Below, piece by piece: positions 26,375 to 38,833 of a DNA stretch of 64,000 bases; position 1 is the first letter of the stretch; the number at the start of each line of letters is the position of its first letter. Below the pieces are notes generated by a model. That model worked only from the letters and a program-made list of their open reading frames with translations. It was not told the DNA's origin and made no database searches. The stretch spans positions 26,660,001-26,724,000 of the forward strand of contig CM022672.1 in the NCBI GenBank assembly GCA_012295275.1, in the 5' to 3' direction. Both the position numbers and the translations under genes were made by a program. Source of the stretch: Chrysomallon squamiferum (Eukaryota > Animalia > Mollusca).

Positions 26375-26664
26375 GCCTCATTATAAATTCCTTGTGTAAT
26401 ATAAAATTTGTATGACTTATGATTGATGCGTGAAATAATTCATCTGCGAAAAGAATAAAAGAAAGTAATTTTTTGATTTTAAAATATTTTTATTGTAGCG
26501 ATTCGCAGTTTTTAACATTAACAGAAAATCAGCTAAAAATGTGTTTAGAACATCAGAATTGTATCATGATTTTTATCTATATTGTTGGTGGATATACTGA
26601 CTTTATGTTTGCCTATTATTACTATTATTGTGGTTGATGTTGTTGTCGTTGTTGTTACAGAAAA

Positions 26665-28316
26665 ATGCTGACAACAATCTTGGTGTTGTTTGCTGCATTA
26701 CACAACATGTTTGTTGCGATAAGTGGAGGTATGTATTAACCATGTTTAAATTACATTTTTTTACGGTTTTGTATCCCAACACTTTCATTTAATTCTATAT
26801 CATCTTTGTATAAGAATTCATTTTCTTAAATATAATTTATTCAGGTGTTCTTTTATACCCTTTCATGTATTTCATTTTCTGTGTGTGCTTCATATAGTGG
26901 ACAAAAATGCTGAGTAAGCTTGAAACAATTAAAAAATATTCTGTTATTGCAGAAGACGCTGAGGTCATCATCCTTGGTGCAGGTGTCGCTGGACTGACCG
27001 CAGCGAAGACGTTATCTGAAAACAACGTCACCAACTTCATCATCCTGGAAGGCAGCGACCGAATTGGGGGTAGAATAAAGCATGAGCAAATAAATTCTGA
27101 CACTGTGGAGATGGGCAACAGTTACATCGTTCGAGAAAAAGGAAATCCAATATGGAATCTGGCCGAGAAGTATGACTTGCGTGCTTTACTCACGGACTAT
27201 TCAAAATATGTACCTTTAGGTTGGAACGTAACAAAAGCAGCTGCTGGATTCGCTTATAATAGATTGTTATATTCAGAAGTATATGCGTACGGTAAATTCA
27301 TAGATGTTATGTCCGGGAAAATTAAAGACATGCCATTGTCAGTTGCACTTAAATCAGGAGACTGGATTGCTTACACGGATATAGAAAAGTCTATGGAATG
27401 GTATGAAACCGCATTTGCATTTTCTGAAAGAGCCGATTTGCTATCTCTAAAGGCATCTATGAATTTTCTTAATAACTCTGATTCTGGCGATGATTTCTTA
27501 GTTAGCGACCAGAAAGGTTTTTCTCACATATTTGATGACATGAAAAACGAATTTTTAAAAGTTAATGATAATCGACTGAAGCTGAATGAGGTTGTTATTG
27601 AAATAAAATACAGCAACTCGGGAGTAACCATAATTACGAACGCAAACAAAGTGTACAATGCAAAATACGCTATTATGACATTCGGAATTGGCGTTTTGCA
27701 AAACGGATTAGTCGATTTCAAACCTGAACTCCCACCATGGAAAGAAGAAAGTATCTTTCGAATTAATGTCGGCCATGTTGCAAACGTACATGTGATATGC
27801 TCAGCAGAAGCTAGAACATTTATGAAAAATGTGGAATATGCCTTATATATAAGCGAATCCTTTGGCTATTATCCTCTTTGGATTAATACGGCAAATTATA
27901 GGGTACATCCCAACACTAATAACATTATCAGCTGTAGGTTGACGGGTGAAGAAGCTCAAAGAGTTGAACGTTTAGAGATCTCTGAAGTAATAGATGAATT
28001 AAATATGGTATTAAGTGATCTAAACGAGAACGAAGATATTGTTGATCCTGTAGATGTCCTTGTTTCAGACTGGTCAGTGAATCCTCTCTTCATGGGATCT
28101 GTGACGAATTTGCCTGTTGGTTACTCGCAGGATTTTATGAATGCTTTGAAGGCGCCAACGGAACGACTGTACTATGCAGGCGATGGCTACAACGAGGTCT
28201 ACAACGGATTCATGCAGGGAGCCTACTACTCGGGACGTGAGCAAGCTGAGGCAGTGCTGAAATGTCGACATGGACTGTGCATCAAATATGAACCTCCAGA
28301 ATCTTCAAAGTGCTAA
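26665..28316 (+). CDS. Secreted flavin amine oxidase / polyamine oxidase-like, copy 2 (exons 26665-26728, 26953-28316; 475 aa)
   Basis: Signal exon MLTTILVLFAALHNMFVAISG, acceptor TTGCAG|AA GAC GCT, and the same motifs as copy 1. The intron is 53 nt shorter than in copies 1 and 3. Confidence 0.9.
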
Positions 28317-28393
28317 TAAATGCAGGTACCTTCTACTTTTCCTAAGTATCATAGTATTTGTTCCAAGCTTAATATTCAAAAATAAAACAAAAT

Positions 28394-28505
<112 letters not shown>

Positions 28506-28827
28506 TTACACAAATTACTTTTTTTTTCTAGATTCTTTAGGTAGTTATTTTATTTAACAAAAGAACAAGCCAACTATTGTATGAGACTACTTGACTCTTT
28601 CTTGTGTTCTGCATGCGTTCCTGTATGCGTATAGATTAAATGAGTTATAATAACATGACATCATTTATATATTCGTGCTTTTCCAGGCTTCATCAATTCT
28701 TTGTCAGTCATGGATTCACGGAAATAAAAACTTGTGAGCTGCTTTTTTTTTTTTTATTATAGTAGTACTTGACTCGATAAATGAATAAAACAAATATTAT
28801 ATTAAATGTTTTTATAGTTTTTGTTTG

Positions 28828-28888
<61 letters not shown>

Positions 28889-29311
28889 GTTACTAAAGTT
28901 AATAATATTTCAAAATGAAAATTTAAAAACAAACAAAAAGGAGTAAAGAAAAAAATGAAAAGATAGTAATTGAAAAAGAAATTCATGTAATTTCATCACT
29001 GCTGTAGAACATGTTATGAATGATTTCATACAAATGTCAAAATAAATTCATGATTATTATTCGAAAAAAAGAAATATTTGACTGACAAAAGTTATTTGTT
29101 ACTGCTCAAGTAGATGTTTTATTTCCAGTATTGCTTTTTTACTGTGCGAGTATATTTTTATATGCACCCGAATTTTATATACATGTATGAATATTATTAT
29201 TAATAAACGTAATGCATGCATAGAAGGGAATCGTTGACAAAAATTAGTATCTCTAGCGGAGAACCCGCGTTATCCAGACAAAAGTCCGTCTCACCTATTC
29301 TCCGCCAGACG

Positions 29312-29744
29312 ATACTTTGGCTATGTCCTATACTTGAGTCTTAGGGGCATACTTTGGCTACGTCCTATACTTGAGTCTTAGGGGCATACTTTGGCTATGT
29401 CCTATACTTCTTAGGGGCATACTTTGGCTATGTCCTATACTTGAGTCTTAGGGGCATACTTTGGCTATGTCCTATACTCGAGTCTTAGGGGCATACTTTG
29501 GCTATGTCCTATACTTGAGTCTTAGGGGCATACTTTGGCTACGTCCTATACTTGAGTCTTAGGGGCATACTTTGGCTACGTCCTATACTTGTTTCTTAGG
29601 TGCAGACTTTGGCTACGTCCTATACTTGAGTCTTAGGTGCAGACTTTGGCTATGTCCTACACTTGAGTCTTAGGGGCATGCTTTGGCTATGTCCTATACT
29701 TGAGTCTTAGGGGCATACTTTGGCTATATCCTATACTTGAGTCT
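29312..29744. repeat. 37-bp minisatellite, ~12 units (paralog of 17953-18648)
   Basis: Same unit and same flanks. One unit has a 4-bp deletion near 29410. Confidence 0.95.
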
Positions 29745-30149
29745 ACAAACAAGGAACTGACCCGGGATCACCAAACCTCTTCAGCAAAGGCTACATCAGC
29801 ATAGACAGCGCTGACGACGTCTTATTTCTGTTTACGAATCTGAACTCAGTACATATTCATGCAGAACATGGCTGTCTGTTATTGTTTGTTACATATATTA
29901 TTATGACAGCTGTCTCTTCTTTTCATAAGCCAGTTATCGGAAAGAATAGCAAATGAAAAAAAGCCTTATTTTAAGACATTTTCATTTATTATTAATTATT
30001 ATCGGGCAGAAAACCAAAATATAAAATATATTTTTGAAAAAAGAAAATATATATATATATTTTTAATATAATTATTACTCCATAGCTGGCAAACTTAGAA
30101 AACAGACGATTTAATTCTTTCACGGGAAACTAGATAAATTAAATAACTA

Positions 30150-30208
<59 letters not shown>

Positions 30209-32088
30209 TAACAACAGTAACAACAACAATTTTAGTGATAAAAGAAAGAAAAAAAAAAAAAGAAAAAGATGTTCATCTTTATTTTAAGAAAAATATACTT
30301 CATAATAATAAACTTTTTAGCTTTCCAACACTCAATATATGTTTTAATAATTTACAATGAATAATAATAAAGGATGAAAGTTTTGAATTAAGCATTTACT
30401 AACTTAAAGATTTAGTTTAATAATTTTGCATCTAGCAAGACTATTTTCAATTATTAAATTATACGCCTGCTAAGTTTTTAAGTTTGTCCTCAGGAGAATG
30501 ATAATAATAAGTTAAGAATGATTAAATATCTTCTTTCAGTTACTATGACCAATAATATCATTTTAATCTTTCGATGTAGTTGCATTTCTAATTCTTATAT
30601 AGAGGTTTTATTCTGATGACTTGTAAAGCTCAAGGGATTAATTATGTTGATCTCGTTGGTGGGTGTGGATATAATTTTTTTTTAGCGATATGTGTCTTTG
30701 TTCTTTGTACGTTTTTGACCTAGAAGTTGACAGTAATATAAATTGTAAATATTATCAAATGAGATAACCTTATCTGTTTAAGGGAAGGTGAAAAAAAACC
30801 TGTTCTTGTTGCTAAATTTAACAGCAACCCTTTATGTGAAGGCAGAAATCAGTCTCTCTCTTTCTCTGGTTCTATCACACACACATACATATACATATAA
30901 ACACAACAACAACAACAAAAGAATTTCAAAACCAAATTTGCATTAACACATTCAAATAAATAACATTTACTTTTCTTTTCTTGTTCTTTAAAAAAAAAAG
31001 TAAATTTTTTTTTTAATCACTCAAAATAAAGGATTTCAGACGAAAATTGATCTGTCACAGGATCCAGAAATAGAGTCCTTGAAACTCAGAATTTCTAAAA
31101 AATCTATCTATCTATCTATGTATCCATCTATCTATCACTCCATCTATCTCTATATTTGTATCTATCTATGTTTCTATCTATGTATCCATAAGTCATGGAC
31201 TAATTGTAAGTGTATCTGATTAGGACTGAAAAAAGAAATGAGTTAATAACTTTGATCAAGAAAATCTTAAATATATTTACATTTTTCTGTTTTTGTTGTT
31301 GTTGTTGTTGTTTTTATTTATTTTTTTATTTTTTATTTATTGAGTTACATATTTATATTTTATTTTATTATTTTTTCTTCAGAAACTAAACATATAATTT
31401 ATTTTCAATAAAATCAAGTTTAATTATCAGAAGACCGATTTATTCATTTTCGTGAAAAATTTAAGGAAACCTTAGCAGAATCTTTAACAGTGTAAAGTGT
31501 AAACATGTACAAATTATTTCTGTTCGGTAAATTAACGTGATCTGAACAAATTTACGAAGACATTTCGTCAATATTATGTTCGTAGGACGGGTGAAAATAA
31601 TACTATTTTATTAATTATCATAATTTTTATTTATTTATTTATTAGCTTTTAGTGGTACTGACTGTGGTTGAGTTTTGTTTAATGGAATCCAAAAATATTT
31701 AAGAAGATCACAGCTTCGCAGGTTTTGTGTAAGGTATCCCAGAATGCAGTACGACACGGCCATTTTGCTTCCCTAGTTCGTAGCGATTAAGGTAGCAAAT
31801 TCATTTTCCATTTTCTCTAGAACTTCATAAATTTATATTTTACATTAATAACTGGACAGTTAGGAAAACTATACATGTAATACAGTTTATTATTGGTAAT
31901 TCAATATAATAATGTAATATTATCTAATGAAATCTATCTTCACTGTCGGTGATGAAAAATGATGGATATACGTTTAGAATTATATGGATCTGAAATAAAT
32001 AAATAAAACAATAAAAAATAAAATAAATAAATTGATTAATAAAAATAATAAAATAAACAAAAATTCAAACCAAGACTGCTAGGGCTGT

Positions 32089-32182
<94 letters not shown>

Positions 32183-32499
32183 TTTCTCCTGACAACAAAC
32201 TTGAAGGTTATGAAGATTTATAATTTAACACACACACTGATGGTTATATTCACCTTAGAGAAACGAAAGAACAGATGTTTGACAAGTATATAAAAAAAAT
32301 AAGTTGCGATGCAATGTGATCGTGTATGGCTCTGTCTAAGTACAGCATTAAAATAAATGTGACATTTATTGGATCCATTAAATGGTATTTGAATGTACAT
32401 TTGGTCTCTGGTTGCTTATAAATTCAGTGAATAGAATAAAACGTTACTTAGGTTTATCTGAAACAGGTATGTTGGCTTTTTCTTTGTCTATCATCATCA

Positions 32500-32546
<47 letters not shown>

Positions 32547-32836
32547 GCCTCATTATAAATTCCTTGTGTAATATAAAATTTGTATGACTTATTATTGATG
32601 CGTGAAATAATTCATCTGCGAAAAGAATAAAAGAAAGTAATTTTTTGATTTTAAAATATTTTTATTGTAGCGATTCGCAGTTTTTAACATTAACAGAAAA
32701 TCAGCTAAAAATGTGTTTAGAACATCAGAATTGTATCATGATTTTTATCTATATTGTTGGTGGATATACTGACTTTATGTTTGCCTATTATTACTATTAT
32801 TGTGGTTGATGTTGTTGTCGTTGTTGTTACAGAAAA

Positions 32837-34594
32837 ATGCTGACAACAATCTTGGTGTTGTTTGCTGTATTACACAACATGTTTGTTGCGATAAGTGGAG
32901 GTATGTATTAACCATGTTAAAATTACATTTTTTTACAGTTTTGTATCCCAACACTTTCATTTACACTATAAGACTGTATAACGTTTCTGATATATAATTT
33001 TAAAATTTTTAAATTAATTCTATATCATCTTTGTATAAGATTTCATTTTCTTAAATATAATTTATTCAGGTGTTCTTTTATACCCTTTCATGTATTTCAT
33101 TTTCTGTGTGTGCTTCATATAGTGGACAAAAATGCTGAGTAAGCTTGAAACAATTAAAAAATATTCTGTTATTGCAGAAGACGCTGAGGTCATCATCCTT
33201 GGTGCAGGTGTCGCTGGATTGACCGCAGCGAAGACGTTATCTGAAAACAACGTCACCAACTTCATCATCCTGGAAGGCAGCGACCGAATTGGGGGTAGAA
33301 TAAAGCATGAGCAAATGAATTCTGACACTGTGGAGATGGGCAACAGTTACATCGTTCGAGAAAAAAGAAATCCAATATGGAATCTGGCCGAGAAGTATGA
33401 CTTGCGTGCTTTACTCACGGACTATTCAAAATATGTACCTTTAGGTTGGAACGTAACAAAAGCCGCTGCTGGATTCGCTTATAATAGATTGTTATATTCA
33501 GAAGTATATGCGTACGGTAAATTCATAGATGTTATGTCCGGGAAAATTAAAGACATGCCATTGTCAGTTGCACTTAAATCAGGAGACTGGATTGCTTACA
33601 CGGATATAGAAAAGTCTATGGAATGGTATGAAACCGCATTTGCATTTTCTGAAAGAGCCGATTTGCTGTCTCTAAAGGCATCTATGAATTTTCTTAATAA
33701 CTCTGATTCTGGCGATGATTTCTTAGTTAGCGACCAGAAAGGTTTTTCTCACATATTTGATGACATGAAAAACGAATTTTTAAAAGTTAATGATAATCGA
33801 CTGAAGCTGAATGAGGTTGTTATTGAAATAAAATACAGCAACTCGGGAGTAACCATAATTACGAACGCAAACAAAGTGTACAATGCAAAATACGCTATTA
33901 TGACATTCGGAATTGGCGTTTTGCAAAACGGATTAGTCGATTTCGAACCTGAACTCCCACCATGGAAAAAGAAAGTATCTTTCGAATTAATGTCGGCCAT
34001 GTTGCAAACGTACATGTGATATGCTCAGCAGAAGCTAGAACATTTATGAAAAATGTGGAATATGCCTTATATATAAGCGAATCCTTTGGCTATTATCCTC
34101 TTTGGATTAATACGGCAAATTATAGCGTACATCCCAACACTAACAACATTATCAGCTGTAGGTTGACGGGTGAAGAAGCTCAAAGAGTTGAAAGTTTAGA
34201 GATCTCTGAAGTAATAGAAGAATTAAATATGGTATTAAGTGATCTAAACGAGAACGAAGATATTGATGATCCTGTAGATGTCCTTGTTTCAGACTGGTCA
34301 TTCAATCCTCTCTTCATGGGATCTGTGACGAATTTGCCTGTTGATTACTCGCAGGATTTTATCAATGCTTTAAAGGCGCCAACGGGACGACTGTACTATG
34401 CAGGCGATGGCTACAACGAGGTCTACAACGGATTCATGCAGGGAGCCTACTACTCGGGACGTGAGCAAGCTGAGGCAGTGCTGAAATGTCGACAGGGACT
34501 GTGCATCAAATATGAACCTCCAAATCTTCAAAGTGCTAATAAATGCAGGTACCTTCTACTTTTCATAGTATTTGTTCTTAGCTTAAAACAATAG
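32837..34594 (+). pseudogene. Amine oxidase copy 3 (exons 32837-32900, 33178-34594) with a 1-nt frameshift; pseudogene or assembly error
   Basis: A5 at 33966-33970 where copy 1 has A6 (TGG AAA AAA GAA) splits the gene into ORFs 33132-34019 and 33962-34594. Otherwise intact, ending in the hydrophobic tail YLLLFIVFVLSLKQ*. Confidence 0.7.
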
Positions 34595-34597
34595 AAA

Positions 34598-34683
<86 letters not shown>

Positions 34684-35738
34684 AATTTTTTTCTTAGATT
34701 CTTTAGGTGATTATTTTATTTAACAAAAGAACAAGCCAACTATTGCATCAGACTAATTGACTCTTTCATGTTTTCTGCGTGCGTTCCTGTATGCGTATAG
34801 ATTAAATGAGTTATAATAACATCACATCATTTATATGTTCGTGCTTTTCCAGGCTTCATCAATTCTTTGTCAGTCATGGATTCTCGGAAATAAAAACTTG
34901 TGAGCTGTTTTTTTTTCTATTTATTATAGAACTTGACTGGATAAATGAATAAAACAAATATTATATTAAATGTTTTTATAGTTTTTTGTTTGCCTCTCTC
35001 TCTCTCTCTCTCTCTGCGTATTACCGAAGTTAATAATATTTTAAAAATAAAAATTTAAAAAAATAAAATAAAATAAAAATAAAAAGATAGGAATTGAAAA
35101 AGAAATTCATGGAATTTCATCACTGCTGTAGAACATGTTATTAATTATTTCATACAACTGTGAAAATAAATTCATGATTATTATTCGAAAAAAAGAAATA
35201 TTTTGTAGAAAAAAGTTGTTTATTACTACTCAAGTAGATGTTTTATTTCCAGTATTGCTTGCTTACTCTTGTGATAATATTTTTGTATGCACACGTATAT
35301 AATATAAATGTAAAAATATTATTATTAATAAGCATAATGTAGGGCTCTAAAACGATCACTTTATCGAATGATAAACGTTTGTATTACTGCATCCATGACG
35401 GCTCTGGGCATCCATTTCAGGCGTCATCCAATAATTCATCTAACCTGATGTAAAATATGAAATTGTTCGTAGATGTTGTTGAGAAGAAGAAAAAAAATCT
35501 TATTTCGTCAGTTTTCACATAATTATGACGTCTTCCTTTCTCACATTTCTCAGTACTAGGCCGAGTATACATTGTCTTAGGGGCATACTATCAAGGAGCT
35601 GTCCCCGGGCATGACCAAACCACTTCAGCACGGCCACTTCAGGATGAACAGCGCTATCAACATCTTATTTCTGATTACGAAACTGAACTCAGTAGATTTT
35701 CATGCAGAACATGACTGTGTGTTGCTGTTTGTTACATA

Positions 35739-36362
35739 TAGGGCCGGCTCCACCATATAGGCAAACTAGGCCGGCTCTACCAGGGCGCTGATTTCTTGGG
35801 GTGCATTTCTCCAAATCAACAACAATTTTGAAAACCAAATAAATAAATTTCAGTTTTATTGAGGGTCGTTTTTATCCTAGTTTATTTCATGCAGGGTAGA
35901 TTCAGTCCGACCGAAACTCCAGGCTGACCGGAAAAAGTAAAATAAATGAGTGACAGTCACGTGTGCACGTAATTATGTTCGCGTGTTTTTATAGGCCACG
36001 AGTTTTTCCGTAGAATCACGTGAATGCCAAATCTTCAGTTTGCCGCGGAAACCAAATTGATCCATCAGCCAAATTTGGTTTGAGGTGTATTAGTATTCTG
36101 TGTCTGTTCAACTGTCCATTATGCTGTTAGTTCATCACTAATGCCTATCTTTATGTTTGTTTATTCTTGTCTTAATTTTGCAAATAAAATAGTATAAAGT
36201 AATGGGGGTTTTTTTGGGGGTGGGCTGTCCGAACATTTGAGAACAGAGAGGCAATTTTTCATTTTTTATTTTTTATATATATATATTCCCCTTGATCTGT
36301 GCTCAAATGCTGGTAAAATTATTTTTAAAATGTTTTTGTAAATATTGAAAACGGCAACCCTG
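35739..36362. mobile_element. Non-autonomous hAT-like DNA transposon (MITE), 624 bp
   Basis: Ends TAGGGCCGGC... and ...GGCAACCCTG. 8-bp TSD GTTACATA/GTTATATA (35731-35738, 36363-36370). The paralogous sites at ~18792 and ~29888 are empty (GTTACATA-TATTATT). Confidence 0.75.
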
Positions 36363-36995
36363 GTTATATACTTGTTATTAGGACAGATGTCTGTTTTATC
36401 TTAAGCCAGTTATCGGCTGTCTAAAACGAGAAGCAAAAGAAAAAAAACACCTTATTTTAACAGTTTTCGTTTAGTTTTAATTATTATCGGGCACAACATT
36501 AAAGTATAAAATATACTTTTAAAATAAAAATAATTTTTAAAATATAATTATTAATCTTTAGCTGGGAAAAATTCGACGCAAATAAAAACCCTTGATAGTT
36601 ATTCTCATGACGAAACAAACGAAATAGTTTCTAACCTATTAAAAAAACTGCGTGAGTGAAAATTAGCTGTAGTCGTAGCTGATAAAACAAATGTTTAAAT
36701 CTATATATATAACATTTATAAACAGATCTTTCAGATAATGAGAAATGAAGCCGCTTGATTCTTTTTCAATTAGCAACAAAGGTGGAATCTATCATTGCCT
36801 GTTTTGTTGTGTTGTTATAATGAAGTCATGAAGATTCTTCCATAATTAGTTAGTCTTCTTCTTAGGAAATCGTGTTCATAATAAATTTTACATTAGTGTT
36901 ACTGATCGTTTATTTTTTATTAAAATAAATTAAGATAATTATATAGATTATACAAACTATAATTCATCGCGGTGTTTAGAATCTTTGTTGTTTAA

Positions 36996-37121
<126 letters not shown>

Positions 37122-38469
37122 CAAACTTAGAAAATTTATGTTTTAATAATTTACTAGATAAATTTAGTAACTAAATAACTAAATACTAATGACAACAACA
37201 ACAACAACAAAGAAGAAAAAAAGATGTTCATCTTTATTTTATTCCAATTATAACTAATACAGTTTGTCTCTAAATCTAAGCAAAGAAAATGTACATCATA
37301 ATAATAATAATAAACTTCAGAGTTTTCTAAAGCGAATATATATATATATTTTAGAATGAATAATAATAAAGAATGAAAGTTTTAAAGCGAGTATTTACTA
37401 TGTTAAAGATTTCACCTCATAATTTTGCATCTAGTAAGGTTATTTGAAATTACTTCACAATTTCTAAGTGTGTTTGTTCACAGATATATAATTTTAATTA
37501 TTTATTTACTTTGCTTCCATATAATTCTAAACCTATTTCCATCATTTTTCTTCACCGAGTTTGAAGATGCGTTTCACTAGATAATATTACAGTATTATTT
37601 GAATTACCAATAATAAACTTTACTGCGTCCATAGTTTTCCTAATTGCCCAGTTATTAATGTAAAATATAAATGTATGAAATTCTACAGAAAATGGAAAAG
37701 AATTTGCTGCCTTAATCGCTACGTATTGTGGAAGCAAAATGTCCGTGTCGTGCTGCATTCTGGGATAGCTTACACAAAACCTGTGACGTTGTGGTCTTCT
37801 GTCAAATATTTTTGGATCCATTAAGCAAAACTTAGCAATATTCATTTCTGCTAAAGACTAATAAAGAAATAAGTAAATAAATAAATAATAATTAATAAAT
37901 AGTATTGTTTTCACCGATTCAACTAACATGTTATTGACGAAATGTCTTCAAAAATTTACTCAGATCACATTAATTTACAAACAGAACTAATATGAACATG
38001 CTTTCTTTTTTCTTTTTTATATACACATTTTACATTACGCTGTCACAGATTCTGCTAAGGTTTTTTAAATTTTCTACGGTCTTCTGTTAATTAAACTTGA
38101 TTTTACTGGAAACAAACTAAATGATTAGTTTCTGAAGAAAAAAAAAAAATAAAATATAAATACATAACTCAGTAACTCAATAAATAAATGAATAAATAAA
38201 AACAATACAGTGTAGAGGTAGTATTTAATTATGATCAATATGTTATTCTTAGCAATTCCGTTAAGAAAAAAATAATTATGTCTCACCGATTTGATATATA
38301 AAAAAAAAAATAAAAAAAAAAAAAAAAAAAATTTTAAAGAGGTTACAGCGTCCTTACTTAAATTAAAAGCATTCAGGCATACAGATTCCCTGAATGACTG
38401 AGCTCGAAGGCACAAATTACAATAAACGGCATAGCTTTCCTTATTTTATTTTATTTATTTATTTATTTA

Positions 38470-38501
<32 letters not shown>

Positions 38502-38833
38502 TTTTTTTTTCCAGTAGTCTTTACTCGTCACTGAAATCTATTATAAAAAGGAACTTTTAATTTCAGAATAATTCTAGATTTTCACTGTAGCGATTCGTTA
38601 GCGCCTATCCTACGACTATTTAAATGTTTATTTGCTTGCTTTATTTTAAAACTAACAAGACACATACGGTTATTAAAAGAAGCCACAATACATAAAGAAT
38701 TCTACGAGTTTCGTATTTCTGCATATTAAACTACTGTGGTATTTTCAGGAAGGGAAATACACATTGATAAACGTGGTGACAAAACAGAGAACTAATGAAA
38801 AAACAGCTGATAACCGTAGCTGTGAGGCCTCAT

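Noticed and set aside
26907-26952. ATG at 26907 (and 33132) as the oxidase start, MLSKLETIKKYSVIA
   Set aside because: It lies in the intron upstream of a good TTGCAG acceptor and is ATT in copy 1. The conserved signal exon is the better start.
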